Shown: positions 1 through 13,360 of the stretch, one piece after another
Layout: each line of letters opens with the position of its first letter
Numbering within the stretch: position 1 is the first letter of the stretch
Assembly (NCBI GenBank): GCA_963205445.1
Contig: CAUJJG010000046.1
Coordinates: 1 to 56,898, forward strand
Source of the DNA: Pseudomonadota bacterium
GTDB taxonomy: Bacteria > Pseudomonadota > Gammaproteobacteria > Xanthomonadales > Xanthomonadaceae
Length of the DNA: 56,898 nt
Direction of reading: 5' to 3'
Translations under genes and position numbers: made by a program
The notes under the pieces: generated by a model
The model's input: the letters and a program-made list of their open reading frames with translations, nothing else
What the model was told of the DNA's origin: nothing
The model's database searches: none

Positions 1-1728
1 GCGATGGCCCTTGCCGAACTGGATCGAGGTGGTGATCGGGGTCGGCTTGAGGGTGTACACCTTGCCCGGCTGCATCAGTGCAGGCGCAACGTAGCTGTCG
101 CGATAGCGCGCGCGCAGCATGGTGTCGCCGATGATCCAGGCAGTGCCATCCGGCGCAACGTCCACCAGCTTGACCGCAAAATCGGTGTCCTTCGCGCTGG
201 ACGAAATGTTCAGCACCGCATCGACGAACCCTGTCACTTCCATCGGCTGTTCCAGCGGCGCGCTGGTATAGACCAGCACGTCGTGGCGGGATTCAATCTG
301 GCGCTGATCGAACGCCCCCGGGATCACCACGCCGCCATTGCAGCAGTCGCCACCACCGATCGTCTGCACCGGATTGGCCGGGTTGTAGCGATAACGGTCC
401 GCCGGTTCGTCGCCGCTGGGCGCGTCAAAGGACAACACGCCATCGCCAAACATCGAATTGGCCTTGCCGTCCGAGCGCAGGTACATCCGCACCGGCTTGG
501 CGGTCTTCGGCGGCCACTGCGCGGCCGACTGCCAGCGGTTCGCACCCATCGTGAAATAGCGCACATGCGGCGTGTCGGCGGCGAACGCCTTGGGCTGGTC
601 CTTCAGCCAGCGATCGAAGAAGGCCCAGATCTGATCATCGACGGGGAAGCTGGCATCGCCCATGCTGCGGTCACCGACCTTGTAATCCTTCCCGAGCCGA
701 GAGAATTGGCAATGCGGATTGGGGCCTATCACCGCGTACTGATTGGCGCTGGCCTCCTTGTCGGAGCCGACGCTGCGGGCGTGGTTGAACAGTTCCATGT
801 TCGGGCCGATGGAAACGTCATACCAACTGTTGAACCACAGCGCCGGCACGCCCCAGCCCATGCTGTCGTGGTACAGCCCCCCTTTCTCCCAAGCCGCATC
901 GCCGGGGCCCAGCGCGATCATCGCTTCGAACGTCGCCGGCGGCTCACCCAGCGAGGACAGCAGGCTGGCATAGGGCAGGTGCCAGATGTGCTTCTTCCAT
1001 TCGACCTCGGGCTTCTTCGCGTCAAGGTCGTTGTAGCGCGCCACCCGTGCCCGCATCGGCCCCGAAAGCGCCTGCGGCAGTTGCGCCCGCAGGGGATTGT
1101 CGACGCCGTACATCCAGATCGCGAACAGGGTGCGCGGCACCCCGCCGGTGTAGAAATTGCCCTGCTCCCGGAACCGCCCGACCTTGCCGATGCCGGCACC
1201 TGCCGCCATCGGCACCATGGCGGCATGCGCCGGGTGATTCATCGCCGCCAGCGCCAACTGCCATTCCGCCGACGACGAGCAGCCCAAAGTGCCGACCTTG
1301 CCGTTCGACCACGGCTGTTTGGCGATCCAGCTCAGAGTGTCGTAGCCGTCCGTCTGCGGATAGCCGAGGATTTCGTACTTGCCCTCGCTGAAATAGCGCC
1401 CGCGCTCGTTCTGGACGATGAAGGCATAGCCGTTGCGCACTGCCTCCAGCGCGTAGCGCGCGGTGCTGCCACGCAGCACATGTTCGTTGTAGGGCGTCTT
1501 CCACAGCACCGTGGGCAGCGGGCCCTTGGCGCCCTTGGGTCGCCAGATGTTGGTGGACAGACCAATGCCGTCGCGCATCGGCACCAGCAGCGCGCTGTCG
1601 CTCTCGGCAATCGATGCGAGTTCTGCGCGGATGCCCTCCTCGCTGTAGCGGGACAAGTCCTGCGCGGAATTGGCGGATGCCGCCGCCAGCGCGGCGACCA
1701 GCAAAACGGAGAGCAGCGACGCCTTCAT
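1..1728 (-). CDS. CocE/NonD family serine hydrolase (acylase/esterase), secreted; runs off the window start
   Basis: Not in the ORF track because it has no stop in the window. Manual translation from ATG at 1728 gives MKASLLSVLLVAALAAASANS (signal peptide), then VPMRDGIGLSTNIWRP...KTPYN and the nucleophile region GTLGCSSSAEWQ, typical of CocE/NonD. Confidence 0.85.
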   Translation of the reverse strand, partial: MKASLLSVLLVAALAAASANSAQDLSRYSEEGIRAELASIAESDSALLVPMRDGIGLSTNIWRPKGAKGPLPTVLWKTPYNEHVLRGSTARYALEAVRNGYAFIVQNERGRYFSEGKYEILGYPQTDGYDTLSWIAKQPWSNGKVGTLGCSSSAEWQLALAAMNHPAHAAMVPMAAGAGIGKVGRFREQGNFYTGGVPRTLFAIWMYGVDNPLRAQLPQALSGPMRARVARYNDLDAKKPEVEWKKHIWHLPYASLLSSLGEPPATFEAMIALGPGDAAWEKGGLYHDSMGWGVPALWFNSWYDVSIGPNMELFNHARSVGSDKEASANQYAVIGPNPHCQFSRLGKDYKVGDRSMGDASFPVDDQIWAFFDRWLKDQPKAFAADTPHVRYFTMGANRWQSAAQWPPKTAKPVRMYLRSDGKANSMFGDGVLSFDAPSGDEPADRYRYNPANPVQTIGGGDCCNGGVVIPGAFDQRQIESRHDVLVYTSAPLEQPMEVTGFVDAVLNISSSAKDTDFAVKLVDVAPDGTAWIIGDTMLRARYRDSYVAPALMQPGKVYTLKPTPITTSIQFGKGHR

Positions 1729-1842
1729 GTGCAACCCCTTGGACGGAATGCCTCACTATGCCTGATGGCGGCCCCCCTTCCTCCACTGGCGGAAGTCACG
1801 CCCCATGGCAGTGCACGACATCTCCGGTCGTGCTGCCCCGAT

Positions 1843-2684
<842 letters not shown>

Positions 2685-2688
<4 letters not shown>

Positions 2689-5282
2689 CGTTTGTCTCCA
2701 TCAAGGGCTGCCAGCAGCGCGGCGCGCAGGGCGTCGCAGCGTTCCGGCGAAAGCGGTTGGTTGTGTTCATCGCTGACCAGCAGCAGATCTTCCGCGCGCT
2801 CGCCAAAGGTGGCGATGCGGGCATCGTGCACGCGCAAATGCTGCTCCCGCAGCACGCGCGCCAGATCCGCCAGCAGGCCTGGCCGGTCGTTGCAGACAAG
2901 CCCGATGCGGGTCCCGCCGGCAATCTGCGCGAAATCCAGTTGCGGCACGATGCGGAAGTGCTGCAGATGCCGCGGCTGGCTGCGGCGGGCCGGCAGCATG
3001 CGGGTCAAGTCCCCGGCCAACGATTGCCGCAAGGCATCGGCCAGTCGGCCGGGTTCGGGGGACTGGCGCGGATCGACGGGTTGCACGTGGAAGGTGTCAT
3101 GGATCGCGCCGCTGGGCGCATACAGCACGCGCGCCTGCAGGACACTCAGCCCCAGCCGGTCCAGCGCGATCACGATCGCGGCAAACAGGCCATCCTTGTC
3201 GGGCATGTGCACCAGCACTTCAAGACCATCCCGGCTAGGCAGACTGCGCGCCGCAACCGCCGTCTCACCCGGTTCAACGAGATGCAGGACGGATGCCTGC
3301 CAGGCGATCTGGTCTGGGCGGCTGCGCAGGAAATTTTCGCGCGGCATGCGCTGGAACAGCGCCTCGATGACGGCATCGTCATGCCCCTCCGCCGCCAGCA
3401 ACAGGCGTGCGGCATCGCGGTGTTCCGCAATCCGCTCCTCGGCGGCGACAGGCTGCCCCAAGCCCCGCCGCAGCGCCAAACGGGTGGCGGTGTGCAGGTC
3501 GGCCAGCAGGCGGTCCTTCCAGCTGTTCCACAACTTCGGGGAAGTCCCGGCGATGTCCGCGCAGGTCAGCAGATAGAGGTAGTCCAGCCGTTGGCGGTCT
3601 GCCACGGTCTCGGCAAATCGGTGGATCACGTCCGGATCGGTGATGTCCTGCTTCTGCGCTGTGGTGGACATCAGCAAGTGCTTGCGCACCAGCCATTCCA
3701 CCAGCGCCGTATCGGCCTCGGACAGGCCATGGCATTCGCAGAAGGCTCGCGCATCCACCGCGCCCAGCTCCGAATGGTCGCCACGCCGCCCTTTGCCGAT
3801 GTCGTGGAACAGGCCTGCCAGCAACAACAGCTCGGGCTTGCGCAACGAAGGCCACACCAAGTGCGCAATCGCAAACCTGTGGTCCGCCTCGCCGCTGGAG
3901 AATGCCGCAAGATTGCGCAGCACCGCCAGCGTGTGCTGGTCCACGGTGAACACGTGGAAGAGGTCGAACTGCATCCGCCCCGAGACCTTGCGGAAAGCCG
4001 GGATCCACTGTCCCAACACCCCCAGACGCGCCATCCGCTCCAGCGTGGCCACGGGTTGCGGGCCCCGCAGCAATTGCAAAAACTGGTCGCGCAGGGCCGG
4101 CGTGGCATCCACATGATTCGGGAACCCCGGCAAAGCCTGCGCCAGCTCCCGTGCCGTTTGCGAATGCAGGCCGCGCAACGTCGGCTCGGCGGCCCAGGCC
4201 GCGAAAAGAGCGAACACATGGGCAGGGTTCCCTGCCAGCCACCCATCGACACGGGTGGCCAGATAGCCATTGCGCGCCTCGAACTCGGCATCCAGCGGCC
4301 GCGGGGGGGACTGCCCTTCGAAATGCTCCTCGAAACGCTGCAACAGGCGATCGTCAATTCTGCGGATCACCGCTGCGCTGCGATAGAAGTCCTGCATCAT
4401 CTGTTCGACGCCCAGCGCACCGGCATCATCTTGATAGCCCAGACGTGCCGCGAGCGGTTTCTGATAGTCGAAACGAAGCCGCTCCTCGCGCCGACCAGCC
4501 ACGAGGTGCAGGCCGTAGCGCAACCTGCACAGCACCGCGCGCTCCCGTGCCAACGCCTGTGCCTCGTCGGCGCCCAAGCGTCCTGTCTTCACCAGGTCAT
4601 CCAACCCCTGCAGGCCGAAACTGCGTTCCGACATCCAAACCAAGGTGTGCAGGTCGCGCAACCCACCCGGGCCGTCCTTGAGGTTGGGTTCGAGATTGTC
4701 GGACGTGTCGCCGAAACGGGCATGTCGCTGCCGTTGCTCTTCGCACTTGACCTCAAAGAACGCCTGCGCCGGCCAGATGCGGGAAGGCAGGATCGCCTCG
4801 TGCAAGGCCTCGACGGCCGCTGCCCCCGCCACCAGCGGGCGCGCCTCCAGCAATGCCGTCAGCACGGTCTGATCGGCGGCGGCTTCCGTGCATTCCCTGG
4901 CCGAGCGCAGGGCCGGGCTGGCTGCCAGCCCCGCATCCCACAGCAGGGCGACGAAACGCGCCAATTCTGCCTGCCAAGCCCGCTGCGCAACCGGCTCGGC
5001 CAGCACCAGCAAGTCCACATCCGACTGCGGGAAGAGCTCACCCCGGCCGTACCCCCCCACCGCAAACAGCGACAGGGGGCTGTCGTTGCCCATGCAGCGG
5101 TACCAAGCCCGTCGCACCTGCACATCGACACGCCGTGCCCGCAGCGCAATCAGCCGGCCCGCAGGCGCACCCGCATCAAACCTTCGCGCAAGCCGGGCAT
5201 CATCCTTTGCCAGCGCCTGCCGTGCCGCAGCCGCCCAAGCGGCATCCTCTTCCCCGCTGGACTGCGCCGGTGGCGTGTTCAC
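2685..5282 (-). CDS. glnD: PII uridylyltransferase/uridylyl-removing enzyme
   Basis: [19 protein letters not shown] NTase motif, [15 protein letters not shown] domain (FHDIGKG), C-terminal ACT domains. GTG start at 5282 overlaps the map stop. Confidence 0.96.
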
Positions 5283-6055
5283 AGGTCGTTGTCGTCGCCC
5301 GGCACCCGGGTCAGGATCTCCACGCCATCGCGGGTGACCAGCACCGTGTGCTCCCACTGGGCCGACAGCTTGCGGTCCTTGGTCACCACGGTCCAACCGT
5401 CAGGCAACAGGCGGGTGTGGCGTGCGCCCTCGTTGATCATCGGCTCGATGGTGAAGGTCATGCCCTCCTGCAACACCACGCCCTCGCCCGGCCTGCCGTA
5501 ATGCAGCACCTGCGGTTCGTCGTGATAGACCTTGCCGATACCGTGCCCGCAATATTCCCGCACCACGCTGAAACGTTGTGATTCGGCATAACTTTGGATG
5601 GCATGCCCGATGTCACCCAAGGTCGCCCCAGGGCGCACGGCACGAATGCCGCGGAACATCGCCTCGCGGGTCACATCCACAAGCCGCTTGGCCATGACCG
5701 ACGGGGTTCCGACGACATACATGCGGCTGGTATCGCCATGCCAGCCGTCCTTGATGACGGTAACGTCGATGTTGACGATGTCGCCATCCTTCAACGCCTT
5801 GGCTTCACTGGGGATGCCGTGGCAAATGACATTGTTGACCGAGGTGCACAGCGTCTTGGGATAGCCGCGATAACCGACATTGGCCGGAATGGCCCCCTGC
5901 ACGTTCACGATGTAATCGTGGCAGATGCGGTCCAGCTCCTCGGTCGTCACGCCCGGCTTTACATGCGGCGCGATCATCTGCAGCACCTCGGCGGCCAAAC
6001 GGCCGGCGACGCGCATCTTCTCGATGTCGTCCGGAGTTTTCAGATTGATGGTCAT
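5279..6055 (-). CDS. map: Type I methionine aminopeptidase
   Basis: ICHGIP, NIDVTVIKDGWHGDTS, YCGHGIG, FTIEPMIN, SAQWEHT; start taken at MTINLK. Confidence 0.97.
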   Translation of the reverse strand: MTINLKTPDDIEKMRVAGRLAAEVLQMIAPHVKPGVTTEELDRICHDYIVNVQGAIPANVGYRGYPKTLCTSVNNVICHGIPSEAKALKDGDIVNIDVTVIKDGWHGDTSRMYVVGTPSVMAKRLVDVTREAMFRGIRAVRPGATLGDIGHAIQSYAESQRFSVVREYCGHGIGKVYHDEPQVLHYGRPGEGVVLQEGMTFTIEPMINEGARHTRLLPDGWTVVTKDRKLSAQWEHTVLVTRDGVEILTRVPGDDNDL

Positions 6056-6086
6056 GCGCGCATTATCACGCATTCAGACCCGACAA

Positions 6087-6110
6087 CGCCCTCCCTTGGC
6101 GGGAAGGGCG
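6087..6110 (-). terminator. Hairpin after infC, possible weak terminator
   Basis: Minus strand CGCCCTTCCC-GCCAA-GGGAGGGCG with a poor U tail. Confidence 0.4.
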
Positions 6111-6116
6111 TCATCC

Positions 6117-6641
6117 TCACTTCTTCTTCGGTGCGATCATCATCACCATCTGCCGGCCTTCCAGGCGCGGACGCGATTCGATGACGATGTCTTCGCCGAG
6201 ATCGGTCTCGATCCGGGTAGCCATTTCACGGCCCAGTTCCTGATGGCTCATTTCGCGGCCACGAAAGCGGATATTGACCTTGATCTTGTCGCCTTCCACC
6301 AGGAATTCGCGCATCTTGCGCAACTTGATCTGGTAGTCGCCCTCGTCCGTGACCGGACGGAACTTCACTTCCTTGATCTCGACCTGCTTGGTCTTCTTCT
6401 TGGCTTCGTTGGCCTTCTTCTGCTGTTCGAACTTGAACTTGCCGAAGTCCATGATCTTGCAGACCGGCGGCTCGGCATTGGGCTGGATCTCGACCAAATC
6501 GAGCTCTTCGTCCTCGGCCATGCGCAGTGCTTCATCGCGGGACAGCACGCCAATCATCTCGCCATCGCTGCCGATGACGCGGACGCGCGGGACGCGGATT
6601 TCGTGGTTGCGCCGGTTCTGCTTGTTGTCGGGGGTACTGAT
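6117..6641 (-). CDS. infC: Translation initiation factor IF-3, non-canonical ATC start
   Basis: The frame extends upstream of the track ATG (6557) through [23 protein letters not shown] to ATC at 6641, preceded by a GGAG RBS. Motifs [14 protein letters not shown] and RFRGRE. Confidence 0.93.
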   Translation of the reverse strand: MSTPDNKQNRRNHEIRVPRVRVIGSDGEMIGVLSRDEALRMAEDEELDLVEIQPNAEPPVCKIMDFGKFKFEQQKKANEAKKKTKQVEIKEVKFRPVTDEGDYQIKLRKMREFLVEGDKIKVNIRFRGREMSHQELGREMATRIETDLGEDIVIESRPRLEGRQMVMMIAPKKK

Positions 6642-6731
6642 GTTGCGATCTCCAAGGGTTGGCCTCGTCAGAGGCCGGATCGACCGCCGATTGGATTACC
6701 GGCGGCCTGCTAATGCACGGCGGAGCTGGCG

Positions 6732-8636
6732 TCAGCCGGCCCCTTCCTCACGCAAACGCGCGATGAAGGCATCGACGGACATGCTGCCAAGATCTTCCCC
6801 GCCCCGCGTGCGCACCGACAGCTGGCCGTTTTCCTTCTCGCGGTCCCCAACCACCAGCAGGTACGGCACGCGCTGCAGCGTGTGCTCGCGGATTTTATAG
6901 CCGATTTTTTCGTTCCGCAAATCGGAAACCACCCGGAAACCTTGATTCGCAAGGGCTTTTCGTGCGTCTTCGACGGCATCGGCCTGCGCATCGGTGATGT
7001 TCATCAGCACCGCCTGCACCGGCGCCAGCCAGGCCGGGAACTGGCCAGCGTGGTGCTCGATCAGAATCCCGATGAAGCGCTCCATCGAGCCGACGATGGC
7101 GCGGTGCAGCATCACCGGGTGCTTGCGCTGGCTGTGCTCATCGACATATTCGGCGCCCAGCCGGCCCGGCATCATGAAATCCACCTGCATGGTGCCCAGC
7201 TGCCAGGTGCGGCCGATGGCGTCCTTCAAGTGGTATTCGATCTTCGGGCCGTAGAACGCGCCTTCGCCCGGCAACTCCTGCCATTCCACGCCGGAAGCGC
7301 GCAGCGCCGAACGCAGGGCGTCTTCTGCCTTGTCCCAGGTGGCGTCATCGCCCAAGCGAGATTCAGGACGCAGGGCGATCTTGATCTGGATATCTTCGAA
7401 GCCGAAATCCGCATAGACCTTGAGCGCCTGCTCGTGGAAGGCGCGCACTTCGGACTCGATCTGCGATTCCGTGCAGAACACGTGACCGTCGTCCTGGGTG
7501 AAGCCGCGCACGCGCAGAATGCCGTGCAGCGCCCCGGAGGGCTCGTTGCGGTGGCAGCTACCAAATTCGCCGTAACGGATCGGCAGGTCGCGGTAGCTGT
7601 GCAGGCCCTGGTTGAACACCTGTACGTGGCCGGGGCAATTCATCGGCTTCACTGCGTAGGTCCGCTTTTCGGACTCGGTGAAGAACATGTTGTCCTTGTA
7701 GTTGTCCCAGTGCCCGGATTTCTTCCACAGCTCGACATCCAGAATCTGGGGGCAGCGCACCTCGCCGTAGCCGGTGTTGCGGTAAACCTTGCGCATGTAC
7801 TGCTCGACCACCTGCCACAGCGACCAACCCTTGGGGTGCCAGAACACCAGCCCCGGCGCTTCCTCCTGCAGGTGGAACAGGTCCTGCTGCTTGCCAATCT
7901 TGCGATGGTCGCGCTTTTCGGCTTCCTCGATGCGCTGAATGTAGGCCTTGAGCTGCTTGTCATCGGCCCATGCGGTGCCATAGATGCGCTGCAACTGCTC
8001 GTTCTTGGAATCCCCGCGCCAGTAGGCGCCGGAGATGCGCGTGAGCTTGAAGGACTTGAGGAAGCGCGTGTTCGGGACGTGCGGGCCGCGGCACATGTCC
8101 ACGTACTCCTGATGGTAGTACAGGCCCATCGCGGTGACTTCCGACCCCATGTCCTCGATCAGGCGCAGCTTGTAATCCTCGCCACGCGCCTTGAAGGTCT
8201 CGACCACGTCCGCGCGCGGGGTCATTTTCTTGATCACGTCGTAATCCTGCGCGATCAGTTCTTTCATGCGCTGCTCGATGGCCGCCATGTCATCAGGCGT
8301 GAACGGACGCTCGCTCCAGATGTCGTAATAAAAGCCCTCGTCGATGACCGGGCCAATCACCATCTTGGCGTCCGGATGGAGCTGCTTCACCGCATGACCA
8401 ACGAGGTGGGCGCAGGAGTGGCGAATGATCTCCACGCCTTCCGCATCCTTCGCGGTGATGATGCGCAGGCGTGCATCCTGGCCAATGGTGTCGCAGGCAT
8501 CCACCAGCCGGCCATCCACCTCACCGGCAATGGTGGCCTTGGCCAAACCGGCACCGATGGAGGCGGCCACCGCGGCCACTGTCACCGGCGCATCAAACGA
8601 ACGAACGGAACCATCGGGAAGGGTGATATTGACCAT
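6732..8636 (-). CDS. thrS: Threonine-tRNA ligase
   Basis: TGS N-terminus, [46 protein letters not shown]. Confidence 0.98.
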   Translation of the reverse strand: MVNITLPDGSVRSFDAPVTVAAVAASIGAGLAKATIAGEVDGRLVDACDTIGQDARLRIITAKDAEGVEIIRHSCAHLVGHAVKQLHPDAKMVIGPVIDEGFYYDIWSERPFTPDDMAAIEQRMKELIAQDYDVIKKMTPRADVVETFKARGEDYKLRLIEDMGSEVTAMGLYYHQEYVDMCRGPHVPNTRFLKSFKLTRISGAYWRGDSKNEQLQRIYGTAWADDKQLKAYIQRIEEAEKRDHRKIGKQQDLFHLQEEAPGLVFWHPKGWSLWQVVEQYMRKVYRNTGYGEVRCPQILDVELWKKSGHWDNYKDNMFFTESEKRTYAVKPMNCPGHVQVFNQGLHSYRDLPIRYGEFGSCHRNEPSGALHGILRVRGFTQDDGHVFCTESQIESEVRAFHEQALKVYADFGFEDIQIKIALRPESRLGDDATWDKAEDALRSALRASGVEWQELPGEGAFYGPKIEYHLKDAIGRTWQLGTMQVDFMMPGRLGAEYVDEHSQRKHPVMLHRAIVGSMERFIGILIEHHAGQFPAWLAPVQAVLMNITDAQADAVEDARKALANQGFRVVSDLRNEKIGYKIREHTLQRVPYLLVVGDREKENGQLSVRTRGGEDLGSMSVDAFIARLREEGAG

Positions 8637-8699
8637 GAGGAGGCTCTCGGCAGTCCCCAGCCAGTGCCGGGGGGAAAGTGTTTCAGGATTGCAAATACG

Positions 8700-8722
8700 A
8701 AAAAAGACGCCGAAGCGCCTTT
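8700..8722 (-). terminator. Intrinsic terminator in the thrS leader
   Basis: Minus strand AAAGGCGC-TTCG-GCGTC-TTTTTT: GC stem, UUCG loop, U6 tail. Confidence 0.75.
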
Positions 8723-8757
8723 CGATGATCCACGAAATATCGAATGCGTCGGCAGGC

Positions 8758-8784
8758 TCAGCGGTGGGCGCAGGTAGTGAACAT
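8758..8784 (-). promoter_or_regulatory. Candidate leader peptide MFTTCAHR* (Thr attenuator of thrS)
   Basis: ATG TTC ACT ACC TGC GCC CAC CGC TGA, ending 35 nt before the terminator; tandem Thr codons. Confidence 0.45.
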
Positions 8785-8849
8785 GTCGCACGCTCGGCCG
8801 ACGTTACCGCGGGCCACCTTTCTCCGATGTGTTGCCACGCCGTGAAGCG

Positions 8850-8924
8850 TGGTGGGCGGTACAGGGTTCGAACCTGTGACCCCTACCATGTCAAGGTAGT
8901 GCTCTACCGCTGAGCTAACCGCCC
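8850..8924 (-). tRNA. tRNA-Val(GAC)
   Basis: GGGCGGTTAGCTCAGCGGTAGAGCACTACCTTGACATGGTAGGGGTCACAGGTTCGAACCCTGTACCGCCCACCA; cloverleaf, GAC anticodon, encoded CCA. Confidence 0.97.
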
Positions 8925-9099
8925 GGTATCCCAGACCGCCGCGGGCCGTGGGGGCGCGAATTGTAGCCTGAAGTTTCGGCGGTGGACAAGGGCCCCGCCT
9001 CAAACTGTCCGACAGCCGGGGCAAGCATGACCAACGGCCCGCCTTGCGAAGGGAATGCCAATGCCATCATGCGGTCGCCCCTTTATCGGAAGCCCGCCA

Positions 9100-10371
9100 A
9101 TGCCCCTTGCGACGCCACCCAAGATTGCTGCTCTGTCCATTGCCCTGCTGGCACATACCACCTGCGTCCAAGCCGGCACCGGCCCCAAGGCCATCTCCGC
9201 CCACGCCCGCGCCGTGCAGGCGCAGGCAATCAACCTCGACACCCACCTCGACACCCCGGCACTGTTCTCGCAGCCGGGCTGGAAGATCAGCGACCGCCAC
9301 GATGCCGCGAAGGACGGCTCGCAGATCGACTACCCACGCATGGTGGAAGGCGGGCTGGACGGCGGCTTCTGGGTGATCTTCACCGGCCAGGGCCCGCGCG
9401 ATGCCACGGGCAACCTGCACGCCCGCGACGCCGGGCTGAAGCGGCTGGCGGAAATCCGCGAAATGGTGGCCGCCAATGCCGACAAGTTCGAGCTGGCCAC
9501 CACCGCCGACGACGCTGCGCGGATCAAGGCCGCGGGCAAAAAGTCGGTCTACATCAGCATGGAAAATGCTTATCCGCTGGAACAGGACCCCAGCCTGCTC
9601 AGCTTCTATTACAAACAAGGCTTGCGGATGCTGTCGCTGGCACATACCCAGCACAACGACTTCGCCGATTCCGCTGGGATGGGCAAGGCACCGGACGGCG
9701 AGCACGGCGGCCTCAGCGAGAAAGGCAGGGCCCTGATCGCCGAAGCCAACCGGCTGGGCATCCTCATCGACCAGTCGCACGCGTCCAATGAAGTCTTCGA
9801 CCAGATGCTGGCGCTGAGCAAGGCGCCGATCATCCTTTCCCACAGCGGCGCCTTTGATGTCTATCCGCATTCGCGCAATATCGACGACGCTCGCATCCGC
9901 GCGCTGGCGGCCAAGGGCGGCGTGATTCAGGTCAATTCGCTGGGCGGCTATCTGATCGACACCGGCGCCACCCCCGAGTACCGCGCCGAACGCCGCAAGC
10001 TGTACGAATCCGCGGGTGACTTCGACAAGCTCAGCGCCGAGCAGCGTGCCGAGCTCAAAGCCAAGTTCGAAGCACTGGACACGAAGTACAACATCCGCAA
10101 GGCCGACTTCGACGACTACATGCGCCATCTGCTGCACATCCTCAAGGTGGCCGGCTGGCAGCATGTCGGCCTCGGCGCCGACTGGGACGGCGGCGGCGGC
10201 GTGCTCGGCTACGAGGACATCACCCAGCTGCCGAAGGTGGTGCAGGCGCTGCTGGACGCCGGCTACAGCGACGAGCAGATCAAAGGCATCCTCGGCGGCA
10301 ATACCGTGCGCCTGATCCGCCAGGTGCAGGCATTGGCCGACCCGGCGGCGGTGAAGGCGGCGCTGGAATAA
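9100..10371 (+). CDS. Membrane dipeptidase (peptidase M19, amidohydrolase fold), exported
   Basis: DTHLD, SMEN, IDQSHAS, ILSHS, SRNIDD, HVGLGADWDGGG, ILGGN; hydrophobic N-terminal signal. Confidence 0.9.
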   Translation: MPLATPPKIAALSIALLAHTTCVQAGTGPKAISAHARAVQAQAINLDTHLDTPALFSQPGWKISDRHDAAKDGSQIDYPRMVEGGLDGGFWVIFTGQGPRDATGNLHARDAGLKRLAEIREMVAANADKFELATTADDAARIKAAGKKSVYISMENAYPLEQDPSLLSFYYKQGLRMLSLAHTQHNDFADSAGMGKAPDGEHGGLSEKGRALIAEANRLGILIDQSHASNEVFDQMLALSKAPIILSHSGAFDVYPHSRNIDDARIRALAAKGGVIQVNSLGGYLIDTGATPEYRAERRKLYESAGDFDKLSAEQRAELKAKFEALDTKYNIRKADFDDYMRHLLHILKVAGWQHVGLGADWDGGGGVLGYEDITQLPKVVQALLDAGYSDEQIKGILGGNTVRLIRQVQALADPAAVKAALE

Positions 10372-10374
10372 ACC

Positions 10375-12423
<2,049 letters not shown>

Positions 12424-12605
12424 CAGGCATGGAGGCGGGAGGCGACCTCTCAGTTTACGCCGATGTCGGGATACCCCCGTCCGTGCACGCCGGGGAGAAC
12501 TCCGACACGCGCCAAGGGGTTCTCCGACACATCACCGGGGCGGGGGCCGATCGCCCCGTCGTCACGCGACCGACAGACTGGCATCACACCGACCGGAGCC
12601 TCGCC

Positions 12606-13136
12606 ATGCAACACCGCCCTTCCGGATTCACCCTGATCGAACTGATGATCAGCGTCGCCATCGTCGGCATCCTCGCCGGGGTGGCCGTCCCATCGCTGAC
12701 CCGCCTGATCGAGCACCAGCGCGCCGCCTCCGCCACCGCCTCCCTCCATGCCCATATGGCGCTGGCAAGGATGACCGCCGTCACGCGCAACCAACGCACC
12801 GTGTTGTGCCCCTCGTCAGACGGAAGGGCCTGTGCCCCGGGAACCGACTGGAGCACCGGATGGATGCTGTTCTCGGACGATGATGGCAACAAGCAGCCGG
12901 ATGCCATGGACGACATCCTTCGCATCGATCTGGAGCCCACCAGCCGCCACCTGCGCATCAACAGCACGGCAGGCCGCCAGCAGCTGCGCTACTTGCCCGA
13001 CGGGCGCAGCGCAGGCACCAACCTCACGCTGTCCATCTGCAGCAAGGACGGCGCCCTGCTGGGGCAAGTGATCGTGAACAATGTGGGCCGTCCACGCAGC
13101 CAGAAACCGCGCGTACCCACGGCCTGCCCAGCCTGA
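12606..13136 (+). CDS. fimT: GspH/FimT family minor type IV pilin
   Basis: Prepilin site G|FTLIELM, hydrophobic helix, Cys pair (VLCPS...AC), C-terminal GRPR. Confidence 0.85.
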   Translation: MQHRPSGFTLIELMISVAIVGILAGVAVPSLTRLIEHQRAASATASLHAHMALARMTAVTRNQRTVLCPSSDGRACAPGTDWSTGWMLFSDDDGNKQPDAMDDILRIDLEPTSRHLRINSTAGRQQLRYLPDGRSAGTNLTLSICSKDGALLGQVIVNNVGRPRSQKPRVPTACPA

Positions 13137-13159
13137 TGCAAAAATTTTCACCCACCCTC

Positions 13160-13188
13160 TTGCCCTCGCGCCACACGCCCCCTAAAAT
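13160..13188 (+). promoter_or_regulatory. Sigma70 promoter of tRNA-Asn
   Basis: TTGCCC-N17-TAAAAT followed by a GC-rich discriminator, directly upstream of the tRNA. Confidence 0.7.
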
Positions 13189-13198
13189 GCGCGACTCC

Positions 13199-13275
13199 GC
13201 CCGAATAGCTCAGCCGGTTAGAGCACTTGACTGTTAATCAGGGGGTCGTTGGTTCGAGTCCAACTTCGGGCGCCA
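13199..13275 (+). tRNA. tRNA-Asn(GTT), island integration site
   Basis: GCCCGAA/TTCGGGC acceptor stem, anticodon loop CTGTTAA, GTTCGA T-loop, CCA end. Confidence 0.97.
13230..13275 (+). repeat. attL: 46-bp direct repeat (3' half of tRNA-Asn)
   Basis: ACTGTTAATCAGGGGGTCGTTGGTTCGAGTCCAACTTCGGGCGCCA, identical to 28587-28632. Confidence 0.96.
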
Positions 13276-13283
13276 AGAAAATC

Positions 13284-13314
13284 AAGGGCTTAGCTTAGCG
13301 GCTAGGTCCTTTTT
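13284..13314 (+). terminator. Island-supplied terminator after the restored tRNA-Asn
   Basis: AAGGGCTTAGC...GCTAGGTCCTT stem with G-U pairs, then a T run. Confidence 0.6.
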
Positions 13315-13360
13315 CTTTGCCGAGGTACATTCAAGGTACAGTGCCGAAACGGAGCCTGCC

